Below the pieces are notes generated by a model. It ran no database searches. It worked only from the letters and a program-made list of their open reading frames with translations, and was not told the origin of the DNA. The translations under genes were made by a program, and so were the position numbers. This document shows, in pieces, positions 1 through 12,300 of a stretch of 64,000 nt of DNA. How positions within the stretch are numbered: the first letter of the stretch is position 1; each line of letters opens with the position of its first letter. This stretch comes from Eledone cirrhosa (taxonomy: Eukaryota), in NCBI GenBank assembly GCA_964016885.1, contig OZ024742.1, positions 167,090,001-167,154,000 on the forward strand, given 5' to 3'.

Positions 1-3000
1 AGATAATTTCCATCCTTCCAAGGGGAGATAATTTCCAGCCGTCCAAGGGGAGATAATTTCCCGCCAACCAAGGGAAGATAATTTTTAAAAAAATCAGGCG
101 GAGATTGTAAAAAAAATCAGGGGGAGATAATTTGTAAAAAAAAAATCAGGGGGAGATAATTTGTAAAAAAAATCAGGGGGAGATAATTTGTAAAAAAAAA
201 TCAAGGGGAGATAATTTGTACAAAAAATCAGGGGTATATAATTTGTAAAAAAAAATCAGGGGGAGATAATTTGTAAAAAAAAATCAGGGGGAGATAATTT
301 GTAAAAAAAATCAAGGGGAGATAATTTGCAGCCGTCCAAGGGGAGATAATTTTCAGCCGTCCAAGGAGAGGTAATTTCTAGTCGTCCAAGGTGAGATAAT
401 ATCCAGCCGTCCAAGGGGAGATAATTTCCAGCCGTCCAAGGGGAGATAATTTTTAAAAAAAAACAGGCGAAGATAATTTGTAAAAAAAAAATCAGGGGGA
501 GATAATTTGTAAAAAAAAATCAGGGGGAGATAATTTGTAAAAAAAAATCAGGGGGAGGTAATTTGTGAAAAAAAATCAAGGGGAGATAATTTCCAGCCGT
601 CCAAGGGAAGATAATTTCCAGCCCTCCAAGGGGCTATAATTTCCAGCGTCCAAGGGGAGATAATTTCCAGCCAGCGAAGGGGAGATAATTTTTTTTTTTT
701 TAAATCAGGGGGAGATCATTTGTAAAAAAAAATCAGGGGGAGATAATTTCCAGCCGTCCAAGGGGAGATAATTTTCAGCCGTCCAAGGGGAGATAATTTT
801 CAGCCGTCCAAGGGGAGATAATTTCCCGCCAGCCAAGGAAAGATAATATTTAAAAAAATCAGGCGGAGATAATTTGTAAAAAAAAATCAGGGGGAGATAA
901 TTTGTAAAAAAAATCAATTGGAGATAATTTCCAGCCGTCCAAGGGGAGATAATTTTCAGCCGTCCAAGGAGAGGTAATTTCTAGACGTCCAAGGGGAGAT
1001 AATTTCCAGCCGTCCAAGGGGAGATAATTTCCAGCCGTCCAAGGGTAGATAATATCCAGCCGTCCAAGGAGACATATTTTCCAGCTTTCCAAGGAGAGGT
1101 AATTTCTAGCCGTCCAAGGGGAGATAAATTCCAGCCTCCAAGGGGAGATAATTTCCAGCCAGCCAAGGGGAGATAATTTGTAAAAAAATCAGGGGGAGAT
1201 AATTTGTAAAAAAAAATCAGGGGCAGATAATTTGTAAAAAAAATCAGGGGGAGATAATTTGTAAAAAATATCAGGGGGAGATAATTTGTAAAAAAAATCA
1301 AGGGGAGATAATTTCCAGCCGTCCAAGGGGAGATAATTTTCAGCCGTCCAAGGGGAGATAATTTCCCGCCAGCCAAGGGAAGATAATATTTAAAAAATAA
1401 GGCGGAGATAATTTGTAAAAAAAATCAGGGGGAGATAATTTGTAAAAAAATCAGGGGGAGATAATTTGTAAAAAAAAAATCAGGGAGAGATAATTTGTAA
1501 AAAAAATCAGGGGGAGATAATTTGTAAAAAAAAATCAGGGGTAGATAATTTGTAAAAAAAAATCAGGGGGAGATAATTTGTAAAAAAAATCAGGGGGAGA
1601 TAATTTGTAAAAAAAATCAAGGGGAGATAATTTCCAGCCGTCCAAGGGAAGATAATTTCAAGCCCTCCAAGGGGCTATAATTTCCAGTGTCCAAGGGGAG
1701 ATAATTTCCAGCCAGCGAAGGGGAGATAATTTTTTTTTTTAAATCAGTGGGAGATTTGTACAAAAAATCAGGGGGAGATAATTTGTAAAAAAAATCAAAG
1801 GGAGATAATTTCCAGCCGTCCAAAGAGAGATAATTTCTAGCCGTCCAAGGGGAGATAATTTCGAGCCAAGGGGAGATAATTTCCAGCCGTCCAAGGGGAG
1901 ATAATTTTTTAAAAAATCAGGTGGAGATAATTTGTAAAAAAAATCAGGGGGAGATAATTTGTAAAAACAAAATCAAGGGCAGATAATTTCCAGCTGTCCA
2001 AGGGGAGATAATTTCCAGCCGTGCAAGGGGAGATAATTTCCAGCCGTCCAAGGGGAGATAATTTCCATCCTTCCAAGGGGAGATAATTTCCAGCCGTCCA
2101 AGGGGAGATAATTTCCCGCCAGCCAAGGGAAGATAATTTTTTAAAAAATCAGGCGGAGATTGTAAAAAAAATCAGGGGGAGATAATTTGTAAAAAAATCA
2201 GGGGGAGATAATTTGTAAAAAAATCAAGGGGAGATAATTTCCAGCTGTCCAAGGGGAGGTAATATCTAGCCGTCCAAGGGGAGATAATTTCCAGCCGTCC
2301 AAGGGGAGATAATTTCCAGCCGTCCAAGGGTAGATAATATCCAGCCGTCCAAGGAGACATATTTTCCAGCCGTCCAAGGAGAGGTAATTTCTAGCCGTCC
2401 AAGTGGAGATAAATTCCAGCCTCCAAGGGGAGATAATTTCCAGCCAGCCAAGGGGAGATAATTTGTAAAAAATTCAGGGGGAGATAATTTGTAAAAAAAA
2501 TCAGGGGGAGATAATTTGTAAAAAAAAATCAGGGGGAGATAATTTGTAAAAAAAATCAGGGGGAGATAATTTGTAAAAAAAATCAGGGGGAGATAATTAG
2601 TAAAAAAATCAAGGGGAGATAATTTCCAGCCGTCCAAGGGGAGGTAATATCTAGCCGTCCAAGGGGAGATAATTTCCAGCCGTCCAAGGGGAGATAATTT
2701 CCAGCCGTCCAAGGGTAGATAATATCCAGCCGTCCAAGTAGACATATTTTCCAGCCGTCCAAGGAGAGGTAATTTCTAGCCGTCCAAGGGGAGATAAATT
2801 CTAGCCTCCAAGGGGAGATAATTTCCAGCCAGCCAAGGGGAGATAATTTGTAAAAAAATCAGGGGGAGATAATTTGTAAAAAAAATCAGGGGGAGATAAT
2901 TTGTAAAAAAAAATCAGGGGGAGATAATTTGTAAAAAAAATCAGGGGGAGATAATTTGTAAAAAAAAATCAGGGGGAGATAATTTGTAAAAAAAATCAAG

Positions 3001-6000
3001 GGGAGATAATTTCCAGCCGTCCAAGGGGAGATAATTTCCAGCCGTCCAAGGGGAGGTAATATCTAGCCGTCCAAGGGGAGATAATTTCCAGCCGTCCAAG
3101 AGGAGATAATTTCCAGCCGTCCAAGGGAAGATAATTTCAAGCCCTCCAAGGGGCTATAATTTCCAGTGTCCAAGGGGAGATAATTTCCAGCCAGCGAAGG
3201 GGAGATAATTTTTTTTTAAAAATCAGGGGGAGATTTGTAAAAAAAATCAGGGGGAGATAATTTGTAAAAAAAATCAAGGGGAGATAATTTCCAGCCGTCG
3301 AAGGGAAGATAATTTCCAGCCCTCCAAGGGGCTATAATTTCCAGCGTCCAAGGGGAGATAATTTCCAGCCAGCGAAGGGGAGATAATTTTTTTAAAAAAA
3401 TCATTGGGAGATTTGTAAAAAAAATCAGGGAGAGACAATTTGTAAAAAAAATCAAGGGGAGATAATTTCCAGCCGTCCAAGGGGAGGTAATATCTAGCCG
3501 TCCAAGGGGAGATAATTTCCAGCCGTCCAAGGGGAGATAATTTCCAGCCGTCCAAGGGTAGATAATATCCAGCCGTCCAAGTAGACATTTTCCAGCCGTC
3601 CAAGGAGAGGTAATTTCTAGCCGTCCAAGGGGAGATAAATTCCAGCCTCGAAGGGGAGATAATTTCCAGCCAGCCAAGGGGAGATAATTTGTAAAAAAAA
3701 TCAGGGGGAGATAATTTGTAAAAAAAAATCAGGGGGAGATAATTTGTAAAAAAAAATCAGGGGGAGATAATTTGTAAAAAAAATCAAGGGGAGATAATTT
3801 CCAGCCGTCCAAGGGGAGATAATTTTCAGCCGTCCAAGGGGAGATAATTTCCAGCCGTCCAAGGGGAGATAATTTCCATCCTTCCAAGGGGAGATAATTT
3901 CCAGCCGTCCAAGGGGAGATAATTTCCCGCCAACCAAGGGAAGATAATTTTTAAAAAAATCAGGCGGAGATTGTAAAAAAAATCAGGGGGAGATAATTTG
4001 TAAAAAAAAAATCAGGGGGAGATAATTTGTAAAAAAAATCAGGGGGAGATAATTTGTAAAAAAAAATCAAGGGGAGATAATTTGTACAAAAAATCAGGGG
4101 TATATAATTTGTAAAAAAAAATCAGGGGGAGATAATTTGTAAAAAAAAATCAGGGGGAGATAATTTGTAAAAAAAATCAAGGGGAGATAATTTGCAGCCG
4201 TCCAAGGGGAGATAATTTTCAGCCGTCCAAGGAGAGGTAATTTCTAGTCGTCCAAGGTGAGATAATATCCAGCCGTCCAAGGGGAGATAATTTCCAGCCG
4301 TCCAAGGGGAGATAATTTTTAAAAAAAAACAGGCGAAGATAATTTGTAAAAAAAAAATCAGGGGGAGATAATTTGTAAAAAAAAATCAGGGGGAGATAAT
4401 TTGTAAAAAAAAATCAGGGGGAGGTAATTTGTGAAAAAAAATCAAGGGGAGATAATTTCCAGCCGTCCAAGGGAAGATAATTTCCAGCCCTCCAAGGGGC
4501 TATAATTTCCAGCGTCCAAGGGGAGATAATTTCCAGCCAGCGAAGGGGAGATAATTTTTTTTTTTTTAAATCAGGGGGAGATAATTTGTAAAAAAAAATC
4601 AGGGGGAGATAATTTCCAGCCGTCCAAGGGGAGATAATTTTCAGCCGTCCAAGGGGAGATAATTTTCAGCCGTCCAAGGGGAGATAATTTCCCGCCAGCC
4701 AAGGAAAGATAATATTTAAAAAAATCAGGCGGAGATAATTTGTAAAAAAAAATCAGGGGGAGATAATTTGTAAAAAAAATCAATTGGAGATAATTTCCAG
4801 CCGTCCAAGGGGAGATAATTTTCAGCCGTCCAAGGAGAGGTAATTTCTAGACGTCCAAGGGGAGATAATTTCCAGCCGTCCAAGAGGAGATAATTTCCAG
4901 CCGTCCAAGGGTAGATAATATCCAGCCGTCCAAGGAGACATATTTTCCAGCTTTCCAAGGAGAGGTAATTTCTAGCCGTCCAAGGGGAGATAAATTCCAG
5001 CCTCCAAGGGGAGATAATTTCCAGCCAGCCAAGGGGAGATAATTTGTAAAAAAATCAGGGGGAGATAATTTGTAAAAAAAAATCAGGGGCAGATAATTTG
5101 TAAAAAAAATCAGGGGGAGATAATTTGTAAAAAATATCAGGGGGAGATAATTTGTAAAAAAAATCAAGGGGAGATAATTTCCAGCCGTCCAAGGGGAGAT
5201 AATTTTCAGCCGTCCAAGGGGAGATAATTTCCCGCCAGCCAAGGGAAGATAATATTTAAAAAATAAGGCGGAGATAATTTGTAAAAAAAATCAGGGGGAG
5301 ATAATTTGTAAAAAAATCAGGGGGAGATAATTTGTAAAAAAAAAATCAGGGAGAGATAATTTGTAAAAAAAATCAGGGGGAGATAATTTGTAAAAAAAAA
5401 TCAGGGGTAGATAATTTGTAAAAAAAAATCAGGGGGAGATAATTTGTAAAAAAAATCAGGGGGAGATAATTTGTAAAAAAAATCAAGGGGAGATAATTTC
5501 CAGCCGTCCAAGGGAAGATAATTTCAAGCCCTCCAAGGGGCTATAATTTCCAGTGTCCAAGGGGAGATAATTTCCAGCCAGCGAAGGGGAGATAATTTTT
5601 TTTTTTAAATCAGTGGGAGATTTGTACAAAAAATCAGGGGGAGATAATTTGTAAAAAAAATCAAAGGGAGATAATTTCCAGCCGTCCAAAGAGAGATAAT
5701 TTCTAGCCGTCCAAGGGGAGATAATTTCGAGCCAAGGGGAGATAATTTCCAGCCGTCCAAGGGGAGATAATTTTTTAAAAAATCAGGTGGAGATAATTTG
5801 TAAAAAAAATCAGGGGGAGATAATTTGTAAAAACAAAATCAAGGGCAGATAATTTCCAGCTGTCCAAGGGGAGATAATTTCCAGCCGTGCAAGGGGAGAT
5901 AATTTCCAGCCGTCCAAGGGGAGATAATTTCCATCCTTCCAAGGGGAGATAATTTCCAGCCGTCCAAGGGGAGATAATTTCCCGCCAGCCAAGGGAAGAT

Positions 6001-6356
6001 AATTTTTTAAAAAATCAGGCGGAGATTGTAAAAAAAATCAGGGGGAGATAATTTGTAAAAAAATCAGGGGGAGATAATTTGTAAAAAAATCAAGGGGAGA
6101 TAATTTCCAGCTGTCCAAGGGGAGGTAATATCTAGCCGTCCAAGGGGAGATAATTTCCAGCCGTCCAAGGGGAGATAATTTCCAGCCGTCCAAGGGTAGA
6201 TAATATCCAGCCGTCCAAGGAGACATATTTTCCAGCCGTCCAAGGAGAGGTAATTTCTAGCCGTCCAAGTGGAGATAAATTCCAGCCTCCAAGGGGAGAT
6301 AATTTCCAGCCAGCCAAGGGGAGATAATTTGTAAAAAATTCAGGGGGAGATAATTT
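1..6356 (+). repeat. Higher-order direct duplication with 3866-bp period (about 1-2490 repeated at about 3867-6356)
   Basis: Paired ORF-track entries at constant offset 3866 (705/4571, 859/4725, 981/4847, 1617/5483, 1944/5810, 2172/6038). Shared rare variants include CCGCCAACC, GTGAAAA and AAAATTCAG. Confidence 0.93.
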
Positions 6357-9300
6357 GTAAAATAAATCAGGGGGAGATAATTTGTAAAAAAAAATCAGGG
6401 GGAGATAATTTGTAAAAAAAAATCAGGGGGAGATAATATGTAAAAAAAATCAAGGGGAGATAATTTCCAGCCGTCCAAGGAGAGATAATTTAAAAAAAAA
6501 ATCAGGCGGAGATAATTTGTAAAAAAAAATCAGGGGGAGATAATTTGTAAAAAAAAATCAGGGGGAGATAATTTGTAAAAAAAATCAAGGGGAGATAATT
6601 TCCAGCCGTCCAAGGGGAGATAATTTTCAGCCGTCCAAGGGGAAATAATTTTTTTAAAAAAATCAGGCGGAGATAATTTGTAAAAAAAATCAGGGGGAGA
6701 TAATTTGTAAAAAAAAATCAGGGGGAGATAATTTGTAAAAAAAAAATCAGGGGGAGATAATTTCCAGCCGTCCAAGGTAAGATAATTTCCAGCCCTCCAA
6801 GGGGCTATAATTTCCAGCATCCAAGGGGAGATAATTTCCAGCCGTCCAATGGTAGATAATATCCAGCCGTCCAAGTAGACATTTTCCAGCCGTCCAAGGA
6901 GAGGTAATTTCTAGCCGTCCAAGGGGAGATAAATTCCAGCCTCCAAGGGGAGATAATTTCCAGCCAGCCAAGGGGAGATAATTTGTAAAAAAATCAGGGG
7001 GAGATAATTTGTAAAAAAAATCAGGGGGAGATAATTTGTAAAAAAAATCAGGGGGAGATAATTTGTAAAAAAAAATCAGGGGGAGATAATTTGTAAAAAA
7101 AAATCAGGGGGAGATAATTTGTAAAAAAAATCAAGGGGAGATAATTTCCAGCCGTCCAAGGGGAGATAATTTTCAGCCGTCCAAGGGGAGATAATTTCCA
7201 GCCGTCCAAGGGGAGATAATTTCCATCCTTCCAAGGGGAGATAATTTCCAGCCGTCCAAGGGGAGATAATTTTCAGTCGTCCAAGGGGAGATAATTTCCC
7301 GCCAGCCAAGGGAAGATAATATTTTAAAAAATCAGGCGGAGATAATTTGTAAAAAAAATCAGGGGGAGATAATTTGTAAAAAAATCAGGGGGAGATAATT
7401 TGTAAAAAAAAAATCAGGGGGAGATAATTTGTAAAAAAAATCAGGGGGAGATAATTTGTAAAAAAAAAATCAGGTGTAGATAATTTGTAAAAAAAAATCA
7501 GGGGGAGATAATTTGTAAAAAAAAAATCAGGGGGAGATAATTTGTAAAAAAAATCAGGGGGAGATAATTTGTAAAAAAAAATCAGGGGGAGATAATTTCC
7601 AGCCGTCCAAGGGGAGATAATTTTCAGCCGTCCAAGGGGAGATAATTTCCCGCCAGCCAAGGGAAGATAATATTTAAAAAAATCAGGCGGAGATAATTTG
7701 TAAAAAAAATCAGGGGGAGATAATTTGTAAAAAAAAATCAGGGGGAGATAATTTGTAAAAAAAATCAAGGGGAGATAATTTCCAGCCGTCCAAGGAGAGA
7801 TAATTTTAAAAAAAAATCAGGCGGAGATAATTTGTAAAAAAAAATCAGGGGGAGATAATTTGTAAAAAAAAATCAGGGGGAGATAATTTGTAAAAAAAAT
7901 CAAGGGGAGATAATTTCCAGCCGTCCAAGGGGAGATAATTTTCAGCCGTCCAAGGGGAGATAATTTCCAGCCGTCCAAGGGGAGATAATTTAAAAAAAAA
8001 AATCAGGCGGAGATAATTTGTAAAAAAAATCAAGGGGAGATAATTTGCAACCGTCCAAGGGGACATAATTTTCAGTCGTCCAAGGAGAGGTAATTTCTAG
8101 CCGTCCAAGGGGAGATAATTTCCAGCCGTCCAAGGGGAGATAATTTCCAGCCGTCCAAGGGGAGATAATTTTTTTTTAAAAATCAGGCGGAGATAATTTG
8201 TAAAAAAAAAATCAGGGGGAGATAATTTGTAAAAAAAATCAAGGGGAGATAATTTCCAGCCGTCCAAGGGAAGATAATTTCCAGCCCTCCAAGGGGCTAT
8301 AATTTCCAGCGTCCAAGGGGAGATAATTTCCAGCCAGCGAAGGGGAGATAATTTTTTTAAAAAAATCATTGGGAGATTTGTAAAAAAAATCAGGGAGAGA
8401 TAATTTGTAAAAAAAATCAAGGGGAGATAATTTCCAGCCGTCCAAGGGGAGGTAATATCTAGCCGTCCAAGGGGAGATAATTTCCAGCCGTCCAAGGGGA
8501 GATAATTTCCAGCCGTCCAAGGGTAGATAATATCCAGCCGTCCAAGTAGACATTTTCCAGCCGTCCAAGGAGAGGTAATTTCTAGCCGTCCAAGGGGAGA
8601 TAAATTCCAGCCTCCAAGGGGAGATAATTTCCAGCCAGCCAAGGGGAGATAATTTGTAAAAAAATCAGGGGGAGATAATTTGTAAAAAAATCAGGGGGAG
8701 ATAATTTGTAAAAAAAAATCAGGGGGAGATAATTTGTAAAAAAAAATCAGGGGGAGATAATTTGTAAAAAAAAATCAGGGGGAGATAATTTGTAAAAAAA
8801 ATCAAGGGGAGATAATTTCCAGCCGTCCAAGGGGAGATAATTTCCATCCTTCCAAGGGGAGATAATTTCCAGCCGTCCAAGGGGAGATAATTTCCCGCCA
8901 GCCAAGGGAAGATAATTTTTAAAAAAATCAGGCGGAGATTGTAAAAAAAATCAGGGGGAGATAATTTGTAAAAAAATCAGGGGGAGATAATTTGTAAAAA
9001 AAAAATCAGGGGGAGACAATTTGTAAAAAAAATCAGGGGGAAATAATTTGTAAAAAAAAATCAAGGGGAGATAATTTGTACAAAAAATCAGGGGTATATA
9101 ATTTGTAAAAAAAAATCAGGGGGAGATAATTTGTAAAAAAAAATCAGGGGGAGATAATTTGTAAAAAAAATCAAGGGGAGATAATTTGCAGCCGTCCAAG
9201 GGGAGATAATTTTCAGCCGTCCAAGGAGAGGTAATTTCTAGCCGTCCAAGGTGAGATAATATCCAGCCGTCCAAGGGGAGATAATTTCCAGCCGTCCAAG

Positions 9301-12300
9301 GGGAGATAATTTTTAAAAAAAAACAGGCGAAGATAATTTGTAAAAAAAAAATCAGGGGGAGATAATTTGTAAAAAAAAATCAGGGGGAGATAATTTGTAA
9401 AAAAAAATCAGGGGGAGGTAATTTGTAAAAAAAATCAAGGGGAGATAATTTCCAGCCGTCCAAGGGAAGATAATTTCCAGCCCTCCAAGGGGCTATAATT
9501 TCCAGCGTCCAAGGGGAGATAATTTCCAGCCAGCGAAGGGGAGATAATTGTTTTAAAAAAATCATTGGGAGATTTGTAAAAAAAATCAGGGGGAGATAAT
9601 TAATAAAAAAAATCAAGGGGAGATAATTCCAGCCGTCCAAGGGGAGGTAATATCTAGCCGTCCAAGGGGAGATAATTTCCAGCCGTCCAAGGGGAGATAA
9701 TTTCCAGCCGTTCAAGGGTAGATAATATCCAGCCGTCCAAGGAGACATATTTTCCAGCCGTGCAAGGAGAGGTAATTTCTAGCCGTCCAAGGGGAGATAA
9801 ATTCCAGCCTCCAAGGGGAGATAATTTCCAGCCAGCCAAGGGGAGATAATTTGTAAAAAAATCAGGGGGAGATAATTTGTAAAAAAAGTCAGGGGTAGAT
9901 AATTTGTAAAAAAAAATCAGGGGGAGATAATTTGTAAAAAAAAATCAGGGGGAGATAATTTGTAAAAAAAATCAAGGGGAGATAATTTCCAGCCATCCAA
10001 GGAGAGATAATTTTTAAAAAAAATCAGGCGGAGATAATTTGTAAAAAAAAATCAGGGGGAGATAATTTGTAAAAAAAATCAGGGGGTGATAATTTGTAAA
10101 AAAAATCAAGGGGAGATAATTTCCAGCCGTCCAAGGGGAGATAATTTCCAGCCGTCCAAGGGGACATAAATTTTTTAAAAAAATCAGGCGGAGATAATTT
10201 GTAAAAAAAATCAGGGGGAGATAAATTGTAAAAAAAAATCAGGGGAAGATAATTTGTAAAAAAAATCAGGGGGAGATAATTTCCAGCCGTCCAAGGTAAG
10301 ATAATTTCCAGCCCTCCAAGGGGCTATAATTTCCAGCATCCAAGGGGAGATAATTTCCAGCCGTCCAAGGGTAGATAATATCCAGCCGTCCAAGTAGACA
10401 TATTTTCCAGCCGTCCAAGGAGAGGTAATTTCTAGCCGTCCAAGGGGAGATAAATTCCAGCCTCCAAGGGGAGATAATTTCCAGCCAGCCAAGGGGAGAT
10501 AATTTGTAAAAAAATCAGGGGGAGATAATTTGTAAAAAAAATCAGGGGGAGATAATTTGTAAAAAAAAATCAGGGGGAGATAATTTGTAAAAAAAAATCA
10601 GGGGGAGATAATTTCCAGCCGTCCAAGGGGAGATAATTTTCAGCCGTCCAAGGGTAGATAATATCCAGCCGTCCAAGTAGACATTTTCCAGCCGTCCAAG
10701 GAGAGGTAATTTCTAGCCGTCCAAGGGGAGATAAATTCCAGCCTCCAAGGGGAGATAATTTCCAGCCAGCCAAGGGGAGATAATTTGTAAAAAAATCAGG
10801 GGGAGATAATTTGTAAAAAAAATCAGGGGGAGATAATTTGTAAAAAAAAATCAGGGGGAGATAATTTGTAAAAAAAAATCAGGGGGAGATAATTTGTAAA
10901 AAAAAATCAAGGGGAGATAATTTCCAGCCGTCCAAGGGGAGATAATTTTCAGCCGTCCAAGGGGAGATAATTTCCAGCCGTCCAAGGGGAGATAATTTCC
11001 ATCCTTCCAAGGGGAGATAATTTCCAGCCTTCCAAGGGGAGATAATTTTCAGCCGTCCAAGGGGAGATAATTTCCCGCCAGCCAAGGGAAGATAATATTT
11101 TAAAAAATCAGGCGGAGATAATTTGTAAAAAAAATCAGGGGGAGATAATTTGTAAAAAAATCAGGGGGAGATAATTTGTAAAAAAAAAATCAGGGGGAGA
11201 TAATTTGTAAAAAAAATCAGGGGGAGATAATTTGTAAAAAAAAATCAGGGGTAGATAATTTGTAAAAAAAAATCAGGGGGAGATAATTTGTAAAAAAAAA
11301 ATCAGGGGGAGATAATTTGTAAAAAAAATCAAGGGGAGATAATTTCCAGCCGTCCAAGGAGAGATAATTTTTAAAAAAAATCAGGCGGAGATAATTTGTA
11401 AAAAAAAATCAGGGGGAGATAATTTCCAGCCGTCGAAGGGAAGATAATTTCCAGCCCTCCAAGGGGCTATAATTTCCAGCGTCCAAGGGGAGATAATTTC
11501 CAGCCAGCGAAGGGGAGATAATTTTTTTAAAAAAATCATTGGGAGATTTGTAAAAAAAATAAGGGGGAGATAATTTGTAAAAAAAATCAAGGGGAGATAA
11601 TTTCCAGCCGTCCAAGGGGAGGTAATATCTAGCCGTCCAAGGGGAGATAATTTCCAGCCGTCCAAGGGGAGATAATTTCCAGCCGTCCAAGGGTAGATAA
11701 TATCCAGCCGTCCAAGTAGACATTTTCCAGCCGTCCAAGGAGAGGTAATTTCTAGCCGTCCAAGGGGAGATAAATTCCAGCCTCCAAGGGGAGATAATTT
11801 CCAGCCAGCCAAGGGGAGATAATTTGTAAAAAAATCAGGGGGAGATAATTTGTAAAAAAAATCAGGGGGAGATAATTTGTAAAAAAAAATCAGGGGGAGA
11901 TAATTTGTAAAAAAAAATCAGGGGGAGATAATTTGTAAAAAAAAATCAGGGGGAGATAATTTGTAAAAAAAATCAAGGGGAGATAATTTCCAGCCGTCCA
12001 AGGGGAGATAATTTTCAGCCGTCCAAGGGGAGATAATTTCCAGCCGTCCAAGGGGAGATAATTTCCATCCTTCCAAGGGGAGATAATTTGTAAAAAAAAA
12101 TCAGGGGGAGATAATTTGTAAAAAAAAATCAAGGGGAGATAATTTCCAGCCGTCCAAGGGGAGATAATTTTCAGCCGTCCAAGGGGAGATAATTTCCCGC
12201 CAGCCAAGGGAAGATAATATTTAAAAAAATCAGGCGGAGATAATTTGTAAAAAAAATCAGGGGGAGATAATTTGTAAAAAAATCAGGGGGAGATAATTTG

